Below, one piece after another: positions 8,781 through 18,311 of a stretch of DNA of 54,494 bases (position 1 is the stretch's first letter; each line of letters opens with the position of its first letter). Both the position numbers and the translations under genes were made by a program. The notes beneath the pieces are model-generated. The model saw nothing but the letters and a program-made list of their open reading frames with translations. It did not search any database and was not told the DNA's origin. The stretch lies in sequence record SRR20825006_2186; one strand, 5' to 3'.

Positions 8781-10250
8781 TTATTTCTGTTTGTATGCCA
8801 GTAAAGTTTTGTACTTCTCCTTTTTGTAGATGCCCTCGATCATGGTGAACACCTTGTTCTTGAAAACGAATCCGAGCAGTCCAAAAACGGCCACAAAAAT
8901 GTATCCGGCCATCGGGTTGATCAAAAAGTGGCCAATGGCGTAAATACCAATGGGCAATACCAATTTTGGTAAAGTGAGCAGAAGCGTTTTTGCGTTAAAA
9001 GCCTGCTTGTCTCCAAATGCCTTTTTGTTGGAGGTAAGATCTATCGGCGTTTTGACGTAAGCTCCGCCCCAAAGCACCAGATAGCTGTTGATTCCAATGT
9101 TGTAAATGGCCCCTACCAAAACAGCGGCATAGGCTTCCCATCCAAAATAGATATAGAAAGTGGCCAAAATGGTGGATATAATGGTCGCAATGATCACCAA
9201 ATACCATTTTGAGGAGAGGTATTCGCGGTATTTGATGTTTTGGCTCATCATCAAGGGGTAATAACTACTGTCCCAACTGGGCACGTACTGCCCAAAACTG
9301 AACAGGAAGCCCCCCGTGACAAAAATTCCCGCAAAAATCTTCCAAAAAGGTCCATCGTAAACCTCAAGTGCGCCAGTGAAAAAGAGGAGTCCGTAAAAAA
9401 TAAAAAACGCTCCCGCAATCACAGCGGAACGTGATCGTTTGTTTCGTTTGATCAGTTTGATATCGTTCTTCAGGAAGGTTCCCAGATTCCCAAAGCGATT
9501 CAACCACTCCAAGTTTTCGGTCTTGGCCTCGGTCTGTTTCTTGGCCAAACCGCCATCCAGATACATATGTTTTTTAAAATAGGCAAAGGCCCCATAGTAC
9601 AATCCTATCAAAATCAACCAAGGGATAATCGCCGTCCAAGGGGTGTCGTAGAAAAAATCGAAAATTGGACCGGTATAGATGGTAATATCAAACCATTGGT
9701 AATACTGTGATGCACCTGCAACAATGAACAATGCCGCAATGGTATAAAAAACCACATTCTGGTTGTTCACCATTACATTGATAAAGTTGTTGCAGTAAAT
9801 TATGGCCATTAATGCCAGATGCCAACCTACGACTTGCAAAGGTGGATATCCCTCCACAAGTAAAACTATACTAAACGGAATAAAGAAGAAGGCATGTGCA
9901 AGGTTAAAGAAGGATATTACCGTTTTTCCCAATGAAAAATTGACCACCTTGCTCTTGCTAATCGGCAGATAGAGCAAAGGTTTGATATTGGTAACGGGCA
10001 TTTTTTGCAGCATGTACCTAAACACCAGGTCAAAGGCCAGGTAATAGATCATAAACTGATTGACAACACGAAGCGGATCCCCAATTTCCATTTCCTTGAT
10101 CAGGAAAAAGGCTCCGACACCCATTCCCAGGAAAACCACAATAAAGTATAGGGCCCCCAGGGCCATCAATATCTTAAACCAAATCTCGGTCTTAAAAGTT
10201 GCTGACCTAAAAAAAGACTTCCATTGGAGTCCAATAAAATGTTTGAGCAT
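8781..10250 (-). CDS. DUF5687-type polytopic membrane protein (probable ABC permease)
   Basis: 489 aa; about 12 hydrophobic segments in two halves; directly upstream of the ABC ATPase. Confidence 0.8.
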   Translation of the reverse strand: MLKHFIGLQWKSFFRSATFKTEIWFKILMALGALYFIVVFLGMGVGAFFLIKEMEIGDPLRVVNQFMIYYLAFDLVFRYMLQKMPVTNIKPLLYLPISKSKVVNFSLGKTVISFFNLAHAFFFIPFSIVLLVEGYPPLQVVGWHLALMAIIYCNNFINVMVNNQNVVFYTIAALFIVAGASQYYQWFDITIYTGPIFDFFYDTPWTAIIPWLILIGLYYGAFAYFKKHMYLDGGLAKKQTEAKTENLEWLNRFGNLGTFLKNDIKLIKRNKRSRSAVIAGAFFIFYGLLFFTGALEVYDGPFWKIFAGIFVTGGFLFSFGQYVPSWDSSYYPLMMSQNIKYREYLSSKWYLVIIATIISTILATFYIYFGWEAYAAVLVGAIYNIGINSYLVLWGGAYVKTPIDLTSNKKAFGDKQAFNAKTLLLTLPKLVLPIGIYAIGHFLINPMAGYIFVAVFGLLGFVFKNKVFTMIEGIYKKEKYKTLLAYKQK

Positions 10251-10346
10251 GGTTGGCGTTTTTTTAGTTGGTGTCTAATTTATCGGATTTGTTACAGAAG
10301 AGACATGCTTTTTATAAAAATAGGCGTGCAAAAAGTATGTAATGCT

Positions 10347-10354
10347 TAATTTTG
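10347..10354 (+). promoter_or_regulatory. Bacteroidota -7 promoter box (TAATTTTG)
   Basis: Matches TAnnTTTG, ending 17 nt before the ATG at 10371. Confidence 0.55.
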
Positions 10355-10370
10355 CAGCAAAATTCGATAC

Positions 10371-11420
10371 ATGAGTCATTTTCATGCCCTAAAAATAGCC
10401 GCGGTGGACCGATTGACGCCAAATGCCGTGGCCCTTACCTTTGACATACCAGAAAACTTAAAAGAGGATTACAGCTTTAAAGCTGGTCAATACATTACCC
10501 TAAAATTCACTTTGGATGGAAAGGAACTTCGCAGGGCCTATTCCATTTCATCACCCCCTTCGTCTGGCAAATTGACCGTGGGCATCAAAAAAATGGAAGG
10601 AGGGACTTTTTCCGTCTATGCCAACGAACAATTAAAGGCAGGGGACTCTATAGAGGTGATGTTTCCTGAGGGACGATTTATTTTTGATGAAACCTCGCCA
10701 AAAAAAATAGCGGCCTTTGCGGCCGGTAGCGGAATCACCCCGATCATGAGCATTGCACAAACCGTGTTGGAGAGCAACCCAGAAAGCAATTTTGTCTTGG
10801 TCTTCGGAAATCAATCTCCCGAAGAGACCATGTATTTTAAGACCATACAATCCATTAAGGAACGTTATGGAGACCGCTTTTTTGTACAGTATGTGTACAG
10901 CAGGTCCACCGAGGAAGATGCCCTTTTTGGACGGATAGAGCGTTCGACCGTGAATTTTGTGCTCAAAAACAAGTTCAAGGGAACCGAGTTTGATGGTTTT
11001 TACCTTTGCGGTCCCGAAGAAATGATAGATCAGGTAACGGATACCTTACAAGACAATGGTGTTCCCAAGGAAAAAATCCATTTTGAGCTCTTTACCACGG
11101 ATGATGATGGCGATGACGAGCTTGCTGAAGAACTGGAAGGCAAAACTAGAGTGGATGTTCTTTTGGACGATGAGACCTTTACCTTTGTAATGGACAAAAA
11201 GGAACGGGTGTTGGATGCGGTCCTAAAAGAAGATATAGATGCTCCGTACTCTTGCCAAGGCGGTGTTTGCAGTAGCTGCATTGCGCGACTTACCGAAGGG
11301 AAGGTGGAAATGGTAAGAAACCAGATCCTTACCGATAGTGAAATTGAAGAAGGGTTTATCCTCACCTGTCAATCGCATCCTACCACCCCAAGTATAAAGG
11401 TGGATTATGACGATGTATAG
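10371..11420 (+). CDS. FAD/NAD(P) reductase with C-terminal 2Fe-2S ferredoxin (PaaE-like)
   Basis: RAYSISS FAD motif, AAGSGITP, YLCGP, and YSCQGGVCSSC...LTCQ ferredoxin. Confidence 0.93.
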   Translation: MSHFHALKIAAVDRLTPNAVALTFDIPENLKEDYSFKAGQYITLKFTLDGKELRRAYSISSPPSSGKLTVGIKKMEGGTFSVYANEQLKAGDSIEVMFPEGRFIFDETSPKKIAAFAAGSGITPIMSIAQTVLESNPESNFVLVFGNQSPEETMYFKTIQSIKERYGDRFFVQYVYSRSTEEDALFGRIERSTVNFVLKNKFKGTEFDGFYLCGPEEMIDQVTDTLQDNGVPKEKIHFELFTTDDDGDDELAEELEGKTRVDVLLDDETFTFVMDKKERVLDAVLKEDIDAPYSCQGGVCSSCIARLTEGKVEMVRNQILTDSEIEEGFILTCQSHPTTPSIKVDYDDV

Positions 11421-11435
11421 ATTGAAATGACCGAA

Positions 11436-12209
11436 CTAGGTCTTGGTCAACAATTTTTCCAAGGCCCTGCTTCCATGTTCGTACCCTATATTGAAAGCGT
11501 TTTCGATACCTTTTTTATCAAGAACGCCTATGGTCTCCAATTCGCTAGGCTCGATAAAGAGATCACATTCCATCATCTTTTCATGATTCGATGCATGGAT
11601 CATTAAACTGGTGACCCTTGCAGTCAACTGAAAGGAATTTCTCAAATCCTTTTTTTCCAAGGGAACGGTTATGGACACGTTGCTCCCAATGGTGTAATCT
11701 GTAATATGATGTACATATTCCTTTGGAAAATTGTTCATGATTCCCCCATCTGCATACAGTACATCATCAATGGTTACGGGGCTAAAAACGGGCGGTAAGG
11801 CGGCTGATGCCAATAAAGGTTTGATGAGTTCCCCCTCATAAAACACCTTCTCGCTACCTTTCAATAAATCTGTTGCGACCACAAAAAGAGGGCGTTTTAA
11901 ACTTTTGAAGTTGTTCTCGGGAAAAAAATGCTTAAAAATGCTAAAATACCGCTCCGTGTCGATAAACCCGGGTTTGTTGATGGCAAAAAAGCTATACTGG
12001 AACAATGGGGTCTCTTTGAAGAACTTGAGCATATCCTCCACCGAATTGTCGTTGGCATATAGGGCACCGACCAATGCACCGATACTTGTGCCCGCGACCA
12101 CCTTGGCCTCAATCTGATGTTCGCGCATGGCCTTTATAAGTCCTATATGTGCCATGCCACGGACACCTCCCCCGGAAAGCACCAAACCTATGGATTTATC
12201 TTCAAGCAT
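11436..12209 (-). CDS. Patatin-like phospholipase
   Basis: LSGGGVRG, GTSIG nucleophile elbow, ADGG. Confidence 0.95.
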   Translation of the reverse strand: MLEDKSIGLVLSGGGVRGMAHIGLIKAMREHQIEAKVVAGTSIGALVGALYANDNSVEDMLKFFKETPLFQYSFFAINKPGFIDTERYFSIFKHFFPENNFKSLKRPLFVVATDLLKGSEKVFYEGELIKPLLASAALPPVFSPVTIDDVLYADGGIMNNFPKEYVHHITDYTIGSNVSITVPLEKKDLRNSFQLTARVTSLMIHASNHEKMMECDLFIEPSELETIGVLDKKGIENAFNIGYEHGSRALEKLLTKT

Positions 12210-12309
12210 TTCTCAAAAGTAATACCGTGTAAAGGTAACATAATGATAGTTTTCCAAGGTTACTACAACATTGTATTTCGATTAAAAGACCTCGCTACAA
12301 TCAAAAAAC

Positions 12310-12336
12310 CAAACCCATTTAGTCAAAACTCCGTAA
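12310..12336 (+). promoter_or_regulatory. Possible ECF sigma promoter for the fasciclin gene
   Basis: AAAC (12311-12314), 17 nt, CGTA (12332-12335), resembling the generic ECF AAC/CGT pattern; no TAnnTTTG seen nearby. Confidence 0.3.
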
Positions 12337-12365
12337 GTGATTATATAAACTAAAAATTTAATCTC

Positions 12366-12923
12366 ATGAAATCTATTAAAACATTAACGTTACTAATTGC
12401 TTGTGCTGGATTTATGACCATCACTACAGGTTTTTCACAAACTAAAATGGTAGGGGGAGCCCCCATGTATCCAAGCAAGGATATTGTTTCCAATGCCGTA
12501 AACTCTAAAGACCATACTACTTTGGTCGCTGCCGTAAAAGCTGCTGGATTGGTAGAAACTCTGCAAGGTGAAGGCCCATTTACCGTATTTGCCCCGACCA
12601 ACAGTGCATTCGAAAAATTGCCCGATGGAACTGTGGCTACGCTGCTCAAACCAGAGAACAAAGCAAAATTGCAAGGAGTACTTACCTATCACGTAGTGGC
12701 TGGAAAATACAACGCCAAAGACTTGAAAAAATGGATTAAGAAAGGTGACGGCATGGCCGAGCTTACCACAGTGAACGGAGATACCTTGACCGCCATGATG
12801 GACAAAGGTATGATCATGATCAAGGACGGTGCCGGAAACGTGTCCACCGTAACCATCGCCGACGTGAACCAATCCAATGGGGTTATCCATGTGGTGGATA
12901 CTGTTGTGTTACCTTCAAAATAA
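12366..12923 (+). CDS. Fasciclin (FAS1) domain protein, secreted
   Basis: Signal peptide ending FS-Q; FTVFAPTNSAF, LTYHVV, SNGVIHVVDTV. Confidence 0.96.
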   Translation: MKSIKTLTLLIACAGFMTITTGFSQTKMVGGAPMYPSKDIVSNAVNSKDHTTLVAAVKAAGLVETLQGEGPFTVFAPTNSAFEKLPDGTVATLLKPENKAKLQGVLTYHVVAGKYNAKDLKKWIKKGDGMAELTTVNGDTLTAMMDKGMIMIKDGAGNVSTVTIADVNQSNGVIHVVDTVVLPSK

Positions 12924-12951
12924 ACAGTTCCTTCATAATTTGAATTAGCAG

Positions 12952-12981
12952 AAGAGCGACAATTGTCGCTCTTTTCTTTTT
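12952..12981 (+). terminator. Rho-independent terminator
   Basis: Perfect palindrome AAGAGCGAC-AATT-GTCGCTCTT followed by TTCTTTTT, about 30 nt after the fasciclin stop. Confidence 0.85.
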
Positions 12982-13115
12982 AGATATCTGATAATCAGAT
13001 CTCCTGTATCACGAGATATTTATTTTTCAGGATCTGTAATCTTGCACAAATACTTTCGACCTAAATGAATAGTGATAATTGTTGTATGTTTAGGAGAAAC
13101 ATTAAATAGAAAAAC

Positions 13116-13451
13116 ATGGCCAATTCATATTACGACCCAGCAGACCTTAGAAAATTTGGCAACATCACAGAATGGAGCGAGGAACTGGGCAAAAAGTTTT
13201 TTGACTACTACGGAAAGGTTTTTGAGGAAGGTGCCCTCAGTGCCCGCGAAAAATCCTTGATTGCCCTCGCCGTGGCGCACGTGGTAAAGTGCCCATACTG
13301 TATAGATGCCTATACCAAAGATGGACTGCAACGTGGCATTACCAAAGAAGAAATGATGGAGGCCGTACACGCCGGTGCGGCTATAGAGAGCGGTGCGACA
13401 TTGGTACACGGTGTTCAGATGATGAACAAGTACGATAAACTTTCCATGTAG
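13116..13451 (+). CDS. AhpD/CMD-family peroxidase-like protein associated with ArsS-type radical SAM
   Basis: 111 aa; GALSAREKSLIALAVAH..CPYCIDAY; adjacent to the radical SAM gene. Confidence 0.88.
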   Translation: MANSYYDPADLRKFGNITEWSEELGKKFFDYYGKVFEEGALSAREKSLIALAVAHVVKCPYCIDAYTKDGLQRGITKEEMMEAVHAGAAIESGATLVHGVQMMNKYDKLSM

Positions 13452-13538
13452 TATTGGAGCGCTTCTTTTGAAGGGGTTGGACTGAAAAATATTTCAAGTG
13501 GAACATCAAGGTTTCCTCTAGGATTATAAAAAGTAGAT

Positions 13539-14627
13539 ATGACGCAAAGCATACTCACAGACATAAAAAAAGCAGCTAAAAAATCATTAAAAGCGCGGGA
13601 AGACGAGCTTGCCAATACCCAAAAGCAGTTGGAGATATTGAGCGGTGACCTTTTTGCCAAGGGAGAACTTCCTTTTTTTAAGGATAAAATCGCAGAAACA
13701 GGTCAATTCCCGTTGAAGCCAAAAAAATTGGAGGTGCTCCAGATCAATGTAGGCTACATGTGCAACCAAGTCTGTGCGCACTGTCATGTGGATGCGGGGC
13801 CCGACCGACAGGAAATCATGACCCGTGAAACCATGGAACAATGTCTGGAGGTCATCCGCAACACCGGGGCCCATACTTTGGACCTTACAGGCGGAGCTCC
13901 CGAAATGAACACTGATTTTAGATGGTTTGTAGAGGAAGCATCAAAAGCGGGCATTCAAGATTTCATCGTCCGCTCCAATTTGACCATCATTTTGGCAAAT
14001 AAAAAGTACCACGACCTGCCCGAGTTCTTTAAAAAACATAACGTCCATGTGGTATCGTCCATGCCGCACTATACCCGGGGCAAAACCGACAAGCAGCGGG
14101 GCGATGGTGTTTTTGACAAATCCATCAAAGCTTTGCAGATGCTCAACCAAGTAGGTTACGGCATGCCAAACAGCGATCTGCGCTTGGATTTGGTCTACAA
14201 TCCTTCAGGGGCCTTTTTACCTACGGACCAAAGCGCGATGGAACGAGATTTCAAAAAGGCCTTAAAAGAAGATTTTGATATCGATTTCCACAATCTTTTT
14301 GCCATCACCAATCTGCCCATTTCACGATTTTTGGACTACCTCATCGCATCCGATAATTACGAGGATTATATGTATTCCTTGGTTGAGGCCTATAATCCGG
14401 CCGCAGTTGAAAACGTAATGTGCACCAATACCATCTCGGTGAGTTGGGACGGTTGGTTGTACGACTGCGATTTCAATCAAATGCTGGACCTAAAAGTGGC
14501 GAGCAAGGTAAAGCACATCAAAGATTATAATGATGATGTATTGAGCAATCGGGAGATTATCATTTCACAACATTGTTACGGTTGCACCGCAGGGGCCGGT
14601 AGTAGTTGCCAGGGAACGGTGGCTTAA
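13539..14627 (+). CDS. arsS: Radical SAM / Cys-rich (DUF3641) protein, ArsS family
   Basis: CNQVCAHC motif, DLTGGAPE, LDLVYNP, YDCDFNQML, C-terminal HCYGCTAGAGSSCQG. Confidence 0.88.
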   Translation: MTQSILTDIKKAAKKSLKAREDELANTQKQLEILSGDLFAKGELPFFKDKIAETGQFPLKPKKLEVLQINVGYMCNQVCAHCHVDAGPDRQEIMTRETMEQCLEVIRNTGAHTLDLTGGAPEMNTDFRWFVEEASKAGIQDFIVRSNLTIILANKKYHDLPEFFKKHNVHVVSSMPHYTRGKTDKQRGDGVFDKSIKALQMLNQVGYGMPNSDLRLDLVYNPSGAFLPTDQSAMERDFKKALKEDFDIDFHNLFAITNLPISRFLDYLIASDNYEDYMYSLVEAYNPAAVENVMCTNTISVSWDGWLYDCDFNQMLDLKVASKVKHIKDYNDDVLSNREIIISQHCYGCTAGAGSSCQGTVA

Positions 14628-15562
14628 TCCACAACGGAAGGGAACACTCCGCGTGTGCCCATGTCAACAACATTTTCGCCCAATAAGGGTTCATATTTGC
14701 CGTTGCCATTGCCGTCTTCCCATTCAAAACTATTGTTTATGGATATGACCACTTCAATGTTGATGTCCTCAGTGGCATTTGCTGGAATTACCAAAGCAGA
14801 TGGAAACTGTCCTGTTACCACGCATGAGCCTTCAGGAACCGGAGACGTTTCGTTAATGGGATTGGGCACCGTGGTTTGCGGCGCATTGCCTTGCGTTAAT
14901 TGCGTTAGGACAAACCCGTTAATATTCCCTTGGGTTTCCAGACCAAAATACCCTTGGGCCTTATTCCCATTGATATCTACTGTAAGTTTGTCCAAGGTAT
15001 AATTGCCGATATAAGTGTTGTAACCCAAAAAAGACCCAACAGTGGCATCCACATCAATATTATCGTCAACGCCATCCGGCCAGTCGGGAATTTCTGTCTC
15101 GGCTCCCTCAAGGTTGTATACGATTTTGTATTTCTGGTACCCAATAGAAGCCCTAAAATATTCATACGTGCCGGCAACTACGTAACTCAATGGAATGCTA
15201 AAGGTGTTGATCTCTTCATTCAAAAACACTTCGCTGTCAAAATCGATGGCTGTGGCTCCCCCACTTCCCGTAGTTGCGGTCGAAGTGATGGTGGCACCCT
15301 CATCATAGGGAGTGAACTTGTCCGGATACAGACCCATAAAATGCAACCCCAGAACATCAAAATCAGGGTTTTGTGCTGCATTTCCTTCGGGAACCGATAC
15401 AGGATTGCCCAAATTGTCCAATCGCTCGGCTTCGTCATCCATTATAAATGTAATGTTCAATCGGGCGACTTCGGGTTCAGGGCTTCCTGTAGACGATTCG
15501 GTGGAACAGGAGAACAGTGCGATGCCCATCAAAGTTGTAAAAATCAAGTTTGTTTTTTTCAT
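14624..15562 (-). CDS. Hypothetical acidic lipoprotein
   Basis: Start MKKTNL at 15562, lipobox LFSC; Asp/Glu/Gly-rich; DGNGNGKYE Ca-loop-like motif. Confidence 0.8.
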   Translation of the reverse strand: MKKTNLIFTTLMGIALFSCSTESSTGSPEPEVARLNITFIMDDEAERLDNLGNPVSVPEGNAAQNPDFDVLGLHFMGLYPDKFTPYDEGATITSTATTGSGGATAIDFDSEVFLNEEINTFSIPLSYVVAGTYEYFRASIGYQKYKIVYNLEGAETEIPDWPDGVDDNIDVDATVGSFLGYNTYIGNYTLDKLTVDINGNKAQGYFGLETQGNINGFVLTQLTQGNAPQTTVPNPINETSPVPEGSCVVTGQFPSALVIPANATEDINIEVVISINNSFEWEDGNGNGKYEPLLGENVVDMGTRGVFPSVVD

Positions 15563-15664
15563 AGTCTGCTTTTTTTGTGATTTTGGGTTGTGCGGGCCAA
15601 AAGGACAAGGAAAGATATAACAAATGACCTTATCGAAATGATGCAGCAACGAATAATTGGTTGC

Positions 15665-16714
15665 TCACCTTTCCAAAATTACCATCAATCGCTCCAATAC
15701 ATCCTTTGGTTTGATGGTTTTCATGGTGTTTTCGTACCCTTGGGGCACTTTGTTCCCATATACCGAGGTAGGAATCAGCGGGTATGTTTCCCGGTCTGCC
15801 ATAAGTGCATTTTCCATAGGTTGTCCGAATGGATAAAAGCCGGCATACGGATGGGTAACCCCCCATAGTGTGACCACAGGAATGCCATAATTCGCCGCCA
15901 TATGCGCATTGCCACTGTCCATGGACAGCATTACATCCAAATTGGAGATGAGTTGTAGTTCTTCGGAAAGATTTAATTTGCCCGCCATGCAAAATACATT
16001 TTCACTGGTTTGGGCCATACCTTCCAAGACTTCAATTTCTTTGGTCCCACCGCCAAAAAGCAAAATTTTATACTTATCGGTATCATCCAGTTTTTTGATG
16101 ATTTCCTTGGTAGATTCCAATGGATACATTTTGCCTTCATGAGCTGCAAAGGGGGCAATCCCTACCCATTTTTTCACATCCTGTCCTACCAATCCCAACA
16201 CTTTTTTGGAAAGTTGAATACGCTCTAATGGCTTGGCATTTGATAAATCAACCGGGAATCCCAATTGTCCAAAAACATCAGCATAGCGCTGGTGGGTTGT
16301 CCTTAGCTGCTCAAAAACTTTGTTTTTAGATCGCGTTAGTGCTTTTTTTTCCTTCCTTCCTTTATCAATTTGGGCAAACGGAACCCGTTCCAGAGAAAAA
16401 TACTTTTTAAGTATCCTGCTTCGCAACACATTGTGTAGGTCGGCAACGGCATCAAACTGTAAGGGCTTTAATTCTTTATAGAGGCGCCAAAGCCCCATCA
16501 AACCTTTGTGTCTATTTTTAACATCGGCCTCTTTGACCTGCACATGCTCCAAGCCATCAAATATGGGCATGAAGTTCTTTTTGGTGAGGATGGTCAACCG
16601 AATTTCAGGGTATTTATCAATGAGCGCGCGGAGCACGGGAACGGTCATTGCCACATCGCCCATGGCTGACAAACGAATGACCAGAATATGGGTATGTTTA
16701 CCCTTTTTGACCAC
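15665..16714 (-). CDS. Glycosyltransferase family 9 (heptosyltransferase-like)
   Basis: ILVIRLSAMGDV, DLHNVLRS, SMDSGNAHMAA..PVVTLWG. Confidence 0.94.
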   Translation of the reverse strand: MVKKGKHTHILVIRLSAMGDVAMTVPVLRALIDKYPEIRLTILTKKNFMPIFDGLEHVQVKEADVKNRHKGLMGLWRLYKELKPLQFDAVADLHNVLRSRILKKYFSLERVPFAQIDKGRKEKKALTRSKNKVFEQLRTTHQRYADVFGQLGFPVDLSNAKPLERIQLSKKVLGLVGQDVKKWVGIAPFAAHEGKMYPLESTKEIIKKLDDTDKYKILLFGGGTKEIEVLEGMAQTSENVFCMAGKLNLSEELQLISNLDVMLSMDSGNAHMAANYGIPVVTLWGVTHPYAGFYPFGQPMENALMADRETYPLIPTSVYGNKVPQGYENTMKTIKPKDVLERLMVILER

Positions 16715-17303
16715 GCAACACCGGGTTTAGTTCGTCGTCGTTGTACATCTTCATCTGTTTGTAGACTTTCATGTACTTGTCTCCAGCTTCTATATCGGCC
16801 AACAACTGGTCAATGGCGGTGGAAAGGTCTTTCCTCTGTTCCAAAAGCACCGCTAGTTTCTCACTGCATTTTTTAATGTGTTCTGGTGATGCATCGGTAC
16901 GGTTCACCTCTTCTTGCATGTGATATATTTTCAAAGCCAAGATCGACAATCTATCTATAGCCCATGCGGGACTTTCGGTATTAATGGTAGCACCCTCTTT
17001 TACTTGTACTGATTGGTATTTATTCAAAAAGTAACCATCAATATACTCTACCAAATCCGTACGGTCCTGATTACTTGCGTCTATTTTTCGTTTAAGGTCC
17101 AAGGCGGCCACAGGGTCTATATTGGGATCCCTGATAATATCCTCGTAATGCCACTGCACGGTATCAATCCAGTTTTTCCTATACAGCAAATGCTCTACTT
17201 TATCCTTTGGATAAGGGTTGCTGAATTCTTGGTACACATCGTCCTTGATATGGTAAGTATCTATACTTTCCTGAAATATCTTGAAGGCAAAATCGCTGAA
17301 CAT
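16698..17303 (-). CDS. DUF4254 family protein
   Basis: QWHYEDIIR, IDASNQDRTD, TESPAWAIDRLSILALK, YKQMKMYND; overlaps GT9 by 17 nt. Confidence 0.88.
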   Translation of the reverse strand: MFSDFAFKIFQESIDTYHIKDDVYQEFSNPYPKDKVEHLLYRKNWIDTVQWHYEDIIRDPNIDPVAALDLKRKIDASNQDRTDLVEYIDGYFLNKYQSVQVKEGATINTESPAWAIDRLSILALKIYHMQEEVNRTDASPEHIKKCSEKLAVLLEQRKDLSTAIDQLLADIEAGDKYMKVYKQMKMYNDDELNPVLRGQKG

Positions 17304-17318
17304 AGCTTAAAATTTGTT

Positions 17319-17326
17319 CAAAGATA
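17319..17326 (-). promoter_or_regulatory. Bacteroidota -7 promoter box (TATCTTTG)
   Basis: Matches TAnnTTTG, 16 nt upstream of the DUF4254 ATG. Confidence 0.55.
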
Positions 17327-17342
17327 TTGCTTTATGCCATAT

Positions 17343-18272
17343 TTAGTTGAGATGAACGGCAAAAAGCGAACAGGCCAATACCACAAAGCCTACCATTAAA
17401 GCTTCCTGAAGCCTTCTTTTTTTCATGGCTTCAAAATAATTGGTAAAAAATACGGCGGCAGGAAAAAAGGTAAGCAAAACGGGCGATGCATCGGCAGGAG
17501 TAAAGAGAATAATACCGGTGCCCAAAACAAAGATTAAAAACACGATCCGAAGCAACAGTAATTTACCCCCGCTCACGTTTCTCAGCCTGATGAACACGGC
17601 AATGGAAACGAGTATGGTCAAAATCAGATAGATCAATGTCTTTATGTTCAATACCTGAAAGAACGATTTGCTGGTAAAAAGGCCCAAGGAAAATTGATAA
17701 TGGTCCTCAAAAAAGTTCAATGACCCTTTGAGTTTCAAAACGGTGAACGCAAGTATAAAAATTGTACCTACCCCCAACAATGGAACCAACCAATTTTTGA
17801 ACGTTTTACGGTCGTAGACCCCGATCACAAAAAAAACGAGGAGCATAAAGGCAAGGGCCCAATCGTAGAACAAACTTGCAATGGCAATCAATAGGGAGGC
17901 ATCAAAAATTTTGTGTTTGACATTTTTTGTGGACTTGATGGACAATATCCTCCAGAAGGCCAAGAGCAAAAAGAAGTTGGCGAACAGTACGTTTTGAAGC
18001 ACCAATTCATCTGAAAACGAAACAATCAGAAGCACAAAAAAGAGCATCGCGTAGGAGTTTGATTCCGTTGCCTTTTCGGTTCTTACAATTTGATTGGTGA
18101 TGAAAACCGAGATCAACAAAACCGCAAACAGCATCATTTCCAGGGGGATAACCTGATTGAGTTTTTGGTCGCCCAGTTGAAAAAAAACATTGGTAAAATA
18201 GAATAGGAACAGGAAACTGGCGAGAACTATATTGTTTATGGGTTTAGTTTTTCCGAAAAAGCTTGAAATCAT
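17343..18272 (-). CDS. DUF6427-type polytopic membrane protein
   Basis: 309 aa, highly hydrophobic, KIFDASL motif; conserved-looking position between DUF4254 and purD. Confidence 0.72.
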   Translation of the reverse strand: MISSFFGKTKPINNIVLASFLFLFYFTNVFFQLGDQKLNQVIPLEMMLFAVLLISVFITNQIVRTEKATESNSYAMLFFVLLIVSFSDELVLQNVLFANFFLLLAFWRILSIKSTKNVKHKIFDASLLIAIASLFYDWALAFMLLVFFVIGVYDRKTFKNWLVPLLGVGTIFILAFTVLKLKGSLNFFEDHYQFSLGLFTSKSFFQVLNIKTLIYLILTILVSIAVFIRLRNVSGGKLLLLRIVFLIFVLGTGIILFTPADASPVLLTFFPAAVFFTNYFEAMKKRRLQEALMVGFVVLACSLFAVHLN

Positions 18273-18284
18273 CCTATCTTTTGC

Positions 18285-18292
18285 TACTTTTG
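18285..18292 (+). promoter_or_regulatory. Bacteroidota -7 promoter box (TACTTTTG)
   Basis: Matches TAnnTTTG, 20 nt before the ATG at 18312. Confidence 0.5.
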
Positions 18293-18311
18293 TAAAGTAA
18301 ATATAGCCAAG

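Noticed and set aside
13452-13538. Possible repeat or RNA element between the AhpD-like gene and arsS
   Set aside because: Only a weak CTTC-tttt-GAAG stem; no second copy in the window.
14570-14627. Selenocysteine recoding in the ArsS C-terminus
   Set aside because: All positions are TGT/TGC Cys codons and the stop is TAA; no in-frame TGA.
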